The position numbers and the translations under genes are program-made. Source: Solirubrobacteraceae bacterium (GTDB lineage: Bacteria > Actinomycetota > Thermoleophilia > Solirubrobacterales > Solirubrobacteraceae). From it: 64,000 nt of DNA. The notes beneath the pieces are model-generated. The model had not been told where the DNA came from, searched no databases, and saw only the letters and a program-made list of their open reading frames with translations. Shown here one piece after another: positions 54,018 to 63,545 of this stretch (positions are counted from its first letter, which is position 1; each line of letters starts with the position of its first letter). The stretch lies in contig JADGPL010000013.1 of assembly GCA_017882455.1 (NCBI GenBank), forward strand, positions 25,116-89,115, given 5' to 3'.

Positions 54018-54419
54018 CTAGAAGTCGCCCGGCGTGATGAGGTCAGCCTCGAGCGCGCGCACGAAGAACTCGATCTCCTCGGACATGTTGGCGTGGGTCA
54101 TGCGCCGCAGGTCTCCGAGCAGGGCGCTCGAGCCGCGGTCGAGCTCGTCGTCGAGGCGTTCCACGGCGGCCTGGTCGAAGACGCCCTCGCGGCGGGACTC
54201 GCACTCGGGGCAGCGCAGGATCACGCGCCAGTGACGCGGGCCCTCCTCGGACCAGTCGAGCGGGTAGACCAGCTCTCCGGCGCAGTGGAAGCAGATGTGC
54301 AAGTGCTCGGGGGCGGCGACGCCGTCGCCAGAGCGAGATTGATCGCTGTAGACGACGTCGATCTGTTCGCCGCCGGGAAGCGGCTTGCCCGGCGTCTTGG
54401 GGTCTTTTTCGGTGTCCAT
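54018..54419 (-). CDS. Hypothetical zinc-ribbon protein
   Basis: 133 aa. CFHCAGELVYP...LRCPECES provides two CxxC pairs, followed by an acidic helical C-terminal half. It stands alone between convergent and divergent neighbours. Confidence 0.5.
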   Translation of the reverse strand: MDTEKDPKTPGKPLPGGEQIDVVYSDQSRSGDGVAAPEHLHICFHCAGELVYPLDWSEEGPRHWRVILRCPECESRREGVFDQAAVERLDDELDRGSSALLGDLRRMTHANMSEEIEFFVRALEADLITPGDF

Positions 54420-54478
54420 GGGGTGTCTCTGTCCACATCGACGCTCCGGGCCGGGGCCTTTAGCGTGATGGTAGGTTC

Positions 54479-55567
54479 ATGAGTCCAATGGTCCGCGCGA
54501 TCCGCACGGTCGACCACGAAGAGCGCCTCAGCCTCGTGGACCACCTCGAGGAGCTCCGTGCCCGCCTGATCATCAGCGGCGCCGTGCTCGCGGTGGTGTT
54601 CGGCGTCTGCCTGTGGCAGAACCACGCGCTGCTGGAAATCGTCAACAAGCCCCTCACCAGCCAGACCAAGAAGCAGGTGGAAAAGGGGCAGGGGACCGTG
54701 GGGCAGGCGGTGGTCGCCCAGAAAGGGCTCTTGAAGATCGCCGTCGACACCCAGTCGGCGCTCGGCGTGCTGGTCAAGCCGGGGAGCGGCATATCGCCTG
54801 GAGCCCGCGCCGAGCTGACGCCGCTGCTCGCGGCCCTGAAGGCGGACGCGGGCAAGCTGCCGCGCAAGGCCGAAGGCGACAAGCCGGTGACGCTCGGTGT
54901 CGGCGAGCCGTTCACGACCACGATCACGGTCACGCTGTACTTCGCCCTGATCATCTCGCTGCCGGTGATCCTGTACGAGCTCTACGGCTTCATCATGCCT
55001 GCGCTCTCCCCCAGTGAGAGACGCGCCGCCGCGCCGCTCTTGACGGCCGTGCCGTTCCTGTTCGCGGCCGGAGTGCTGTTCGGCTACTTCGTGGTGCTCC
55101 CGGCCGCCATACGCTTCTTCGTGAACTTCAACTCGGGCGAGTTCAACGTGCTGGTCCAGGCCAACCAGTTCTACGGATTCGCCGCCACCGTGCTGCTGGC
55201 GATGGGGGTCGTCTTCCAGATTCCGGTCCTGATCCTGGGGGCGACGCGCCTCGGCCTCGTGACCCCACGCCAGCTGCGCAAGAACCGCCGCTACGCCATC
55301 CTGGCGTGCGCGGCCGTCGCGGCGTTCCTGCCGGGCGACGCGATCACGCTGGTGCTCGAGACGGTGCCGCTGTACGTGCTCTATGAGGCGAGTATCCTTG
55401 TCGCATCGTTCGTCAAGCCGCTGGGCGGCGAGGCGCGCGATGAGGAGAGCGGCGGAGCTCGAGGTGCCCCTCCACCGACTGGCGAGCCGGCACCGACACC
55501 CGATGATCCACCGGAACCAAGCGTGCAGCAGATAATCGACCACGTCGACCGAAAACTCTCGGACTGA
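54479..55567 (+). CDS. tatC: Twin-arginine translocase subunit TatC, with an enlarged first extracytoplasmic loop
   Basis: 362 aa. SLVDHLEELRARL, then a long loop, then GEPFTTTITVTLYFALIISLPVILYELYGFIMPAL...ERR...FVNF. Confidence 0.88.
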   Translation: MSPMVRAIRTVDHEERLSLVDHLEELRARLIISGAVLAVVFGVCLWQNHALLEIVNKPLTSQTKKQVEKGQGTVGQAVVAQKGLLKIAVDTQSALGVLVKPGSGISPGARAELTPLLAALKADAGKLPRKAEGDKPVTLGVGEPFTTTITVTLYFALIISLPVILYELYGFIMPALSPSERRAAAPLLTAVPFLFAAGVLFGYFVVLPAAIRFFVNFNSGEFNVLVQANQFYGFAATVLLAMGVVFQIPVLILGATRLGLVTPRQLRKNRRYAILACAAVAAFLPGDAITLVLETVPLYVLYEASILVASFVKPLGGEARDEESGGARGAPPPTGEPAPTPDDPPEPSVQQIIDHVDRKLSD

Positions 55568-56346
55568 TGCTCTTCGATCTCAGGGGTCGTGGCCGTCGTC
55601 GTACGGTCCGGGTCATCTACATCGGCCTGGCGGTGCTGATGGGCTCGGGTCTCGTCCTGTTCGGGGTCGGCAGCTTTGGCGGCGGCGGCATCCTCAACAA
55701 CATCTCCGGCAACGAAGGCTCGAACAGCGCGAGCTTCTCCAACCAGATCAAGAAGTACCAGAAGATCACCAAGCAGCAGCCGAGCAACGCGAGCGCGTGG
55801 GAACACCTGACGGAAAACCTGCTCCACGAAGCGGGCGGCGAAGCGTATGTGACGAGCACGGGCGTCACGAGCAAGGGCAAGGAACTCTTCTCTCAGGCCA
55901 GTCAGGCATGGGGCAGCTACCTCGCGCTGAACCCGCCGAAGCCGAGCGTAAGACTGGCGCAGCTCGTGCTCCCCGTCTATGCGGAAGGCGGCCTCAACGA
56001 ACCGGCGAAGGCGGTGGAAGCGCTGCAGATCGTGGTCGCTGCCAAACCGGACAACGCGGCGTACTACGCCCAGTTGGCCCAGTATGCATACAAAGCCAAG
56101 AACGTCCGCGTCGGCGACCTCGCCTCCGCGAAGGCCGTCAGCCTCTCCCCGGCTGCGCAGAAGGCCCGCGTGAAGAGCGAGCTGGCAGAAATCAAGGCCA
56201 ACCCCAGTGGCGAAAAGACGTATACGACCACCACCAACGGCAAAACCTACGTGGGCAAGCTCAACGCCAAAAAAGAACTCAAGGCGACCGAAGTCAAAAC
56301 CGCGCCCACGAAGACGAGCACCACGACGAGCACCAAGAAGAAATAG
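55567..56346 (+). CDS. Membrane-anchored hypothetical protein (helical-repeat-like, Lys/Thr-rich tail)
   Basis: 259 aa. The ATG overlaps the tatC stop (TGATG). One N-terminal TM helix, a TPR-like helical middle region, and a tail ending ...[12 protein letters not shown]. Confidence 0.5.
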   Translation: MLFDLRGRGRRRTVRVIYIGLAVLMGSGLVLFGVGSFGGGGILNNISGNEGSNSASFSNQIKKYQKITKQQPSNASAWEHLTENLLHEAGGEAYVTSTGVTSKGKELFSQASQAWGSYLALNPPKPSVRLAQLVLPVYAEGGLNEPAKAVEALQIVVAAKPDNAAYYAQLAQYAYKAKNVRVGDLASAKAVSLSPAAQKARVKSELAEIKANPSGEKTYTTTTNGKTYVGKLNAKKELKATEVKTAPTKTSTTTSTKKK

Positions 56347-56359
56347 CCGCGAGGGCGCC

Positions 56360-57271
56360 ATGGAGGCATCTGGGGAGAGCTTCAGCCATGCGTCGCGGTC
56401 CGAGGTCGCGCAGGAGGCTCCGCGCTACACGGCGCGCCTGCTGATCGGCTGTCCGGATCGCCCCGGGATCGTGGCTGCGGTCTCGGGCTTCCTGTTCGCC
56501 CACTCGGCCAACATCGTCGACTCCCACCAGTACTCCTCCGACCCCAGCGGCGGGCGCTTCTTCCTGCGCACCGAGTTCTTCCTCGAGGAGCCGTTCGACC
56601 GCGAGGATTTCCAGCAGGGCTTTCAGGCCGAGGTGGCCGCGGACTTCGGCATGGACTGGGAGATCCGCTGGTGGGGGCAGCGCCGGCGCCTGGCGATCCT
56701 GGTCTCCCGCCACGATCATTGCCTGCTCGATTTGCTGTGGCGCGCCCGCCGCGGAGAGCTCGATGCGGAGATCGTCTCGGTGATCTCGAACCATCGCGAT
56801 CTCGCCCGCGAGACCGAGGCCGCGGGCGTGCCGTTCGCGCATGTGCCCGTGGAGAGGGAGCGCAAGCAGGAGGCCGAGGAGGAGATGCTGGACCGGCTGC
56901 ACGGCCAAGCCGATCTGCTCGTGCTGGCTCGCTACATGCAGATCCTGAGCGGCGAGTTCCTCGAGCGGGTGGGGATGCCCGTGATCAACATCCACCACTC
57001 CTTCCTCCCGGCCTTCGCCGGGGCCGATCCCTACCGTCGCGCTCGCGAGCGCGGCGTAAAGCTGATCGGCGCGACCGCCCACTACGTCACCGAGCAGCTC
57101 GACGACGGGCCGATCATCGACCAGGACGTGGTGCGCGTGGATCACCGCCAGAGCGCCCGCGACCTCGAGCGGGTCGGCCGTGACGTCGAGCGGATGGTCC
57201 TGGCGCGCGCCGTCTCGCTGCACCTGGATGACCGCGTGATCATCGACGGCCGGCGCACGGTTGTCTTCTGA
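56360..57271 (+). CDS. purU: Formyltetrahydrofolate deformylase
   Basis: Tail of ORF 56207..57271 from ATG 56360. ACT-like [51 protein letters not shown]. Confidence 0.92.
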   Translation: MEASGESFSHASRSEVAQEAPRYTARLLIGCPDRPGIVAAVSGFLFAHSANIVDSHQYSSDPSGGRFFLRTEFFLEEPFDREDFQQGFQAEVAADFGMDWEIRWWGQRRRLAILVSRHDHCLLDLLWRARRGELDAEIVSVISNHRDLARETEAAGVPFAHVPVERERKQEAEEEMLDRLHGQADLLVLARYMQILSGEFLERVGMPVINIHHSFLPAFAGADPYRRARERGVKLIGATAHYVTEQLDDGPIIDQDVVRVDHRQSARDLERVGRDVERMVLARAVSLHLDDRVIIDGRRTVVF

Positions 57272-57340
57272 GCCGGTGCCCGCGACGGCCGCTTGGGTAG
57301 AATCGAGGCTCGAGCCGGCCGATCTCGCCGGCGCCCGTAC

Positions 57341-57413
57341 GGGCCGTTAGCTCAACCGGCAGAGCAGGGGCCTCTTAAGCCCAAGGTTGCAGGTTCGATT
57401 CCTGCACGGCCCA
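57341..57413 (+). tRNA. tRNA-Lys (anticodon CTT)
   Basis: GGGCCGT TA GCTC AACCGGCA GAGC A GGGGC CTCTTAA GCCCA AGGTT GCAGG TTCGATT CCTGC ACGGCCC A. The acceptor, D and T arms all pair. CCA is not encoded. Confidence 0.9.
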
Positions 57414-57491
57414 CTTCGAGGAGCTCATTGATGGCGAGCAACGGATTCCACCGCGAGAGCCCTCCAGCCCGCAGGTCCGCCCGCGGCCGGC

Positions 57492-58355
57492 TCACCCGCC
57501 GCCGCTGGCCCCGGGGAGCGTGGGTGGCGCGCTGCGTTCGCCCTGCACCGCCTGCTCCTGCCACCTGACGGCAAAGGCGCCTTCGGGTCCAGCGGCCGAC
57601 GAGGGGGAAGCCTCGATCAGGCTGCTCGAGGGGACCCCGACGGCCGCCGTGCCGCGACGGCCACCCGTGAGCGAGCTCTGGCGCAGTTCCAGCGCCGTGG
57701 TCGACCATTCGGGGTCCGCGATCGGTCCGGTGTGCCCGTGGGCGGTGGCGCTCGTGGCACTGAACTCGACCGCCCCGAAGTCGGTGAGCGCGTCCGTCCT
57801 GCAGGCGCCTGTGCCGAGGCAGATGGAGGGCGCCTCCACGATCCACTCCGCGGTGGAGACGTCCACTTTCGCCATGCGGCGGGTGATGGTGAAGCGTCCG
57901 CCGCTGCTGAGGTCGCGCAGGCGCAGGGTGGCATCGTGACCCCTGACCGTGACCGAGGCGGTCATCCGGTCGCCCGGATGCACCGCCAGGCGCACGCCCA
58001 CGGCTTCTGCCGGCAGCAGCTCGAACCAGCTCGAGTAGACGGGCCGTCCGGCCGAGCTGCAGTCGGCATCGGTGCCCACCTGCTCGAGCGAGGTGGCGCT
58101 TTCACGGGCGCCGCCGAGCCCGACCCACACGGCCGAGTAGCTTTCGCGGCCCATGGTGCACGTGGCCGTGGGCTCGGTCCACGAGCCCGAGACGCTGGCG
58201 AAGGGCGAGCCTACGCTCGAGGCGGGTACGGCCACATATCCGGCCCAGTTGCTGCTCACGTCGGCCGCCTGTGCGGATCCCGCCGCTAGCGCGAACGTGA
58301 GGACCGCTGACGCGAGCAGGCAGAGGCGGCGGATGATCTGCGATGAGCTCACCAT
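57492..58355 (-). CDS. Secreted peptidase G1 (eqolisin / scytalidoglutamic, former A4) family protein
   Basis: Tail of ORF 57492..58700 from ATG 58355. Signal peptide ending SAQAADV, then SSNWAGYV, SAVWVGLGG and TAEWIVEAP (the Gln/Glu dyad contexts). Confidence 0.7.
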   Translation of the reverse strand: MVSSSQIIRRLCLLASAVLTFALAAGSAQAADVSSNWAGYVAVPASSVGSPFASVSGSWTEPTATCTMGRESYSAVWVGLGGARESATSLEQVGTDADCSSAGRPVYSSWFELLPAEAVGVRLAVHPGDRMTASVTVRGHDATLRLRDLSSGGRFTITRRMAKVDVSTAEWIVEAPSICLGTGACRTDALTDFGAVEFSATSATAHGHTGPIADPEWSTTALELRQSSLTGGRRGTAAVGVPSSSLIEASPSSAAGPEGAFAVRWQEQAVQGERSAPPTLPGASGGG

Positions 58356-58408
58356 GGAAGTATCGGCATCTCGCCTTAGGATGCGCGTCGATTCCGTGTA
58401 AGAGATGG

Positions 58409-59737
<1,329 letters not shown>

Positions 59738-59758
59738 TTAGGGGGGCTCGGGTCGCTC

Positions 59759-60556
59759 TCAGCCGGCGCGCTCGGCGAAGGTGGCGCGCTCGGCGCGGAA
59801 CTCGCGCCGCTTGTCCTCGCCGTAGAGCGGGATCAGGTCGCCGCATATCTCCACCAGGCGCGAGACCGTCCGCTCTCCCAGCCTCTCGGAGAGCTCGTCG
59901 GGCATCAGGTTGGTGGTGGCCACGACCGCCCGCTCGGCCTCGTAGCGCGCGTTCACGATCGAGTACAGCTGCTCGAGCACCCAGTCCGTGCGGTTCTCCG
60001 CGCCGAGGTCGTCGATGTGGAGCAGGTCAACCGCCGTGAGCCTGTCCATGAAGTCGAGCTTGCCCTCGGCCGAGTCCATCGACTCGCGCAGCAGGTTGAG
60101 CAGTCGCGGCAGCGAGTAGATCGCCACGGAGTGGCCCGCGTCGAGCGCCGCCTTGGACACGAGCATCGCGAGGGTGGTCTTACCCGTGCCCACGTCCCCC
60201 TGGATCCACAGGCCGCGTCCGCTGCGGAGGTTCTCCTCGATCGCCCCCACGTAGCGACGGACCGAGCGAATCTGGTCGGGGGCCGTCCTCGCGAGGTCGC
60301 TCACGGGCGGGCGATCGAAGGAGACGCCCAGGTAGCGGCGGGGGATCCGTCCGGCGAGGCTCTTCGTGCGAGCGCCAGCGATCCGAGCCGCCCGGCAGGC
60401 GCAGTCGGATGCGGTGTTGGTGGCCTCGTCGATCACGAAGCCGCTTCCATCGCAGATCCCCAACGGGCAGGAGTCCGTGGCCGCGGCGCCCGTGATGCGT
60501 CGCGAGATCAGCTCGGGCAGCTCAGGCGGCCCGGCGGCGGGGTTCTCGGCGCTCAT
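59759..60556 (-). CDS. DnaC/DnaI/IstB-like AAA+ ATPase (putative helicase loader) with an N-terminal Cys-rich module
   Basis: 265 aa from the internal ATG 60556 of ORF 59759..61243, in an ATGA overlap with the dnaB stop. CPLGICDGSGF...SDCAC, IPRRYLGVSFD, Walker A GDVGTGKTTLA, Walker B LLHIDDLGAE, sensor VATTNL. Confidence 0.8.
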   Translation of the reverse strand: MSAENPAAGPPELPELISRRITGAAATDSCPLGICDGSGFVIDEATNTASDCACRAARIAGARTKSLAGRIPRRYLGVSFDRPPVSDLARTAPDQIRSVRRYVGAIEENLRSGRGLWIQGDVGTGKTTLAMLVSKAALDAGHSVAIYSLPRLLNLLRESMDSAEGKLDFMDRLTAVDLLHIDDLGAENRTDWVLEQLYSIVNARYEAERAVVATTNLMPDELSERLGERTVSRLVEICGDLIPLYGEDKRREFRAERATFAERAG

Positions 60557-61944
60557 TCGGCGTAGCGCTCGCCCGCGTAGTTCATGAACTTGGGGTACTC
60601 CTTCTGGAAGGTGAGCGTCACTTTGCCCACAGCTCCGTTGCGATGCTTGGCGATCAGCAGGTCGGCCTCGCCGGGGCGCTCGGAGTCCTCGTTGTAGTAC
60701 TCGTCGCGGTAGATGAACATCACCAGGTCGGAGTCCTGCTCGAGGTTTCCGCTCTCGCGCAGGTCTGACAGCTGCGGTTTCTTGTCCGGCCGGGACTCGA
60801 CCGCGCGGCTCAGCTGCGAGAGCGCGATCACAGGCACGCCCAGCTCGCGCGCCAGGATCTTCAGGCCACGGCTGAGCTCGCCCACGGCGGTCACGCGGCT
60901 GTCGTAGCGGCTGTCGGTGCGCATCAGCTGCAGGTAGTCGATGATGATCAGCCCCAGGCCCCCCTCGCACTGGCTGTGCAGGCGCCTGGCCTTGGCGCGG
61001 ATCTCGAGCATGCCCACGTCGCTGGAGTCGTCCACCCACAGTGGCGATGCGGCCAGGCGCTGACTGGCGTTCAGGATCTTGGGCCAGCGTTGCTCGGAGA
61101 CCCGCCCCTTGCGCAGCTCCTCGCCCTTGATGCGCGCCTGCGAGGCGACGAAGCGCTGGGCGAGCTCGGCCTCGGCCATCTCCAGCGAGAACAGCGCCAC
61201 GGCCCTGCCGTGCTCGACCGAGGCGTTCTCCGCGATGTTGCACACGAGCGCGCTCTTGCCCATCGCGGGACGGGCAGCGATGATGATCAGGTTGCCGGGC
61301 TGGAATCCCCCGGTGATCTCGTCGAGGTCCTTGAAGCCCGACGGCGTGCCCGTGAGCGAGGTGCCCTCCAGCGACAGCCGGTGGAGCTTGTCGAGCTCCT
61401 CGTGCAGCACCTCCTCGATCGCGCGGAAGTCCTGCTGGCGATCATCGCGCGCGACCTCGAGCATCGCCTTCTCGGCCTGCTCCACGAGCTCACGCGGGGC
61501 AGCGTCGTGCCCGAGCACGCTCTCCTGGATCTCATAGGTGCTCTTCAGCAGGCGCCGCAGGAGCGCGTTCTCGCGCACGATCTGCGCGTAGCGGCGCGCG
61601 TGCCCGGCGGCCGGCACCACCCCGGTGAGCTCATCCACGGTGGCCGGTCCGCCCACGTCCTCGAGCTTGCCCGACTGGCGCAGCCGGTCTGTGACCGTCA
61701 GCACGTCCACGGGCTCGCTTTCGTTGTACAGGGCGAGCATCGCCTCGTAGACCAGCGCGTGGCGCTCGCGGTAGAAGTCCTCGGGCCGCAGGCCCTCTTC
61801 GATCACGAGCGCATACAGCGAGCGATCCGACAGCAGGATCGCCCCGAGCACCGACTGCTCGGCGTCGAGGTTGTGCGGCGGCGTGATCACGCCCGCGGAT
61901 GCGCCGTTGGCGCCGTTGGCTGTCGGGACGGCGCTCATTGCCAT
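60553..61944 (-). CDS. dnaB: Replicative DNA helicase DnaB
   Basis: 463 aa. PPHNLDAEQSVLGAILL, Walker A AARPAMGKSAL, IIIDYLQLM, ALSQLSR. No intein. Confidence 0.97.
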   Translation of the reverse strand: MAMSAVPTANGANGASAGVITPPHNLDAEQSVLGAILLSDRSLYALVIEEGLRPEDFYRERHALVYEAMLALYNESEPVDVLTVTDRLRQSGKLEDVGGPATVDELTGVVPAAGHARRYAQIVRENALLRRLLKSTYEIQESVLGHDAAPRELVEQAEKAMLEVARDDRQQDFRAIEEVLHEELDKLHRLSLEGTSLTGTPSGFKDLDEITGGFQPGNLIIIAARPAMGKSALVCNIAENASVEHGRAVALFSLEMAEAELAQRFVASQARIKGEELRKGRVSEQRWPKILNASQRLAASPLWVDDSSDVGMLEIRAKARRLHSQCEGGLGLIIIDYLQLMRTDSRYDSRVTAVGELSRGLKILARELGVPVIALSQLSRAVESRPDKKPQLSDLRESGNLEQDSDLVMFIYRDEYYNEDSERPGEADLLIAKHRNGAVGKVTLTFQKEYPKFMNYAGERYAE

Positions 61945-62020
61945 GGTCTGGCCGAGTCTAGATCGCCGCCGTCCGGCGTCCGGGAGGGCTCCCCGCTATC
62001 TGGGAGGAAATCGGATCTCA

Positions 62021-62034
62021 CGAACAGATGTTCG
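62021..62034. promoter_or_regulatory. Cheo-box-type LexA operator candidate (CGAAC-N4-GTTCG) upstream of dnaB
   Basis: cgaacagatgttcg is a perfect GAAC-N4-GTTC palindrome with flanking C/G. It lies 77 nt upstream of the dnaB start and 48 nt downstream of the rplI stop. Confidence 0.45.
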
Positions 62035-62081
62035 CAGATGGGTATGACGGCGACGGTGGGCGAGCGCAGCGGCGCGGCGCG

Positions 62082-62534
62082 CTATTTCTTGGCGACGATC
62101 ATCGTCTTGATCGTCGCCTGCACGCCGTCGACCACGTCGACCACCACCATGTAGGTGCCCACGTTCTTGATCGGCTCCGGCAGGTGGACGTTGCGTTTGT
62201 CGATGCGCAGGCCGCGCGCTTCGCGGATCGCCGAGGCGATGTCCTGCGCGGTGACCGAGCCGAACAGGCGCCCGTCCGCGCCGGCCTGCTGCGGGATCGT
62301 GAGCACCGTGCGGTTGAGCAGGTTGACGTTCTCCTGCGCTTTCTCGACGGCCTCGCGGGCCGCCCTCTCGGCGGCGGCCTGACGTTGGCGGATCGTTTCG
62401 ATCGCGCCCTTGGTGGCCGGCTGGGCGAGCTTGCGCGGCATCAGGTAGTTGCGCAGGTAGCCCTTGGAGACGTCCACCACGTTGCCCTGCTCGCCGAGCG
62501 TCTCGACGTCCTTGAGAAGAATCGCTTCGGGCAT
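62082..62534 (-). CDS. rplI: 50S ribosomal protein L9
   Basis: 150 aa from the internal ATG 62534 of ORF 62082..62903. ILLKDVETLGEQGNVVDVSKGYLRNYLMPRKLA. Confidence 0.95.
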   Translation of the reverse strand: MPEAILLKDVETLGEQGNVVDVSKGYLRNYLMPRKLAQPATKGAIETIRQRQAAAERAAREAVEKAQENVNLLNRTVLTIPQQAGADGRLFGSVTAQDIASAIREARGLRIDKRNVHLPEPIKNVGTYMVVVDVVDGVQATIKTMIVAKK

Positions 62535-62545
62535 CGCTGAGCCGC

Positions 62546-62869
62546 CTAGCGCTCGCCGCGGTCGCGGCGCTCGCCGCGGGGGTTGTCGTCGCGGCCGCCC
62601 TCGTTGACGTAGGGCAGCAGCGCGAGCTCGCGGGCACGCTTGACCGCGCGGGCGATCTGCACCTGATGGCGCCGGCAGGAGCCCGTGATCCTCCGCGAGC
62701 GGATCTTGCCCTTCTCGGAGATGAACTTGCGCAGGGAGGCCACGTCCTTGTAGTCGACCTGGTCGATCTTGTCGCGACAGTGCTGGCAGGGCTTGCGCCG
62801 CCCGCTGCCGGGGCCGCCCTTCTTGTCCCTGCGGCGAACCGGCTTGCCGCGACCGCGTGCCTTGGCCAT
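62546..62869 (-). CDS. rpsR: 30S ribosomal protein S18 (with a basic C-terminal extension)
   Basis: 107 aa. [50 protein letters not shown]. Confidence 0.95.
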   Translation of the reverse strand: MAKARGRGKPVRRRDKKGGPGSGRRKPCQHCRDKIDQVDYKDVASLRKFISEKGKIRSRRITGSCRRHQVQIARAVKRARELALLPYVNEGGRDDNPRGERRDRGER

Positions 62870-62945
62870 CAGTGTCCTCCGCCGCTGCTGCGGTCGCGCT
62901 CATGCATGGCTACGGTGGAAAACACTAAAGACCTCGCTGTCTGGC

Positions 62946-63416
62946 TTAGAACGGAATATCGTCGTCGCCGGCCCCGCCGGCGACCGGTGCGGGCTGGAAA
63001 TCCCCTTCGTCTACCGGGATGTCGCTGCCCTTGGATGCCCCGTTACCGGCAAAGCCGCCTCCGCCGGAGGGGTCTTCGCGCGAGCCCAGGAACTGCACCG
63101 AGTCGGCAATGATATCGATTGCCTGGCGTTTTGCGCCCTCTTGGGTCTCCCACTCCCGCCATTCGAGCCTCCCGTCGATCGCCACGGGGCGTCCCTTGGC
63201 GAGGTATCGGGCGGCGTTCTCGCCCTGCGCGCCCCAGACGGTGACGTCGAAGTAGTTGGGCTTGTCCTCCCATTCACCGGTGCTGCCGTTCTTGCGGCGG
63301 GTGTTGCAGGCGACGCGCAGCTTGCAGACCGAGGTGCCGCTGGGCAGCGAGCGCAGCTCGGGATCGGCGGTCAGGTTTCCGGTCAGCACGACCCGGTTGA
63401 TGTTGGTGGCGGCCAT
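62946..63416 (-). CDS. ssb: Single-stranded DNA-binding protein
   Basis: 156 aa. NRVVLTGNLTADPELR OB fold, a Gly-rich linker, and the acidic tip DDDIPF. Confidence 0.96.
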   Translation of the reverse strand: MAATNINRVVLTGNLTADPELRSLPSGTSVCKLRVACNTRRKNGSTGEWEDKPNYFDVTVWGAQGENAARYLAKGRPVAIDGRLEWREWETQEGAKRQAIDIIADSVQFLGSREDPSGGGGFAGNGASKGSDIPVDEGDFQPAPVAGGAGDDDIPF

Positions 63417-63505
63417 GGGCTCTATTCCTTTCAGCTTGTTCCTCCAACGGTCCTCGGAGGAGAGCGAGATCGCTCGTCGAGCGCGAGCTTCGAGTCTAGA
63501 GAGAG

Positions 63506-63529
63506 CTTCGGGCGCGACTGCTCCCGAAG
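63506..63529 (-). terminator. Hairpin downstream of the hydroxylase gene
   Basis: cttcggg-(10 nt)-cccgaag forms a 7-bp stem. On the minus strand it is followed by CUCUCUCUA. It lies 17 nt after the stop at 63546. Confidence 0.35.
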
Positions 63530-63545
63530 GGGCGCCCGATCCCGC

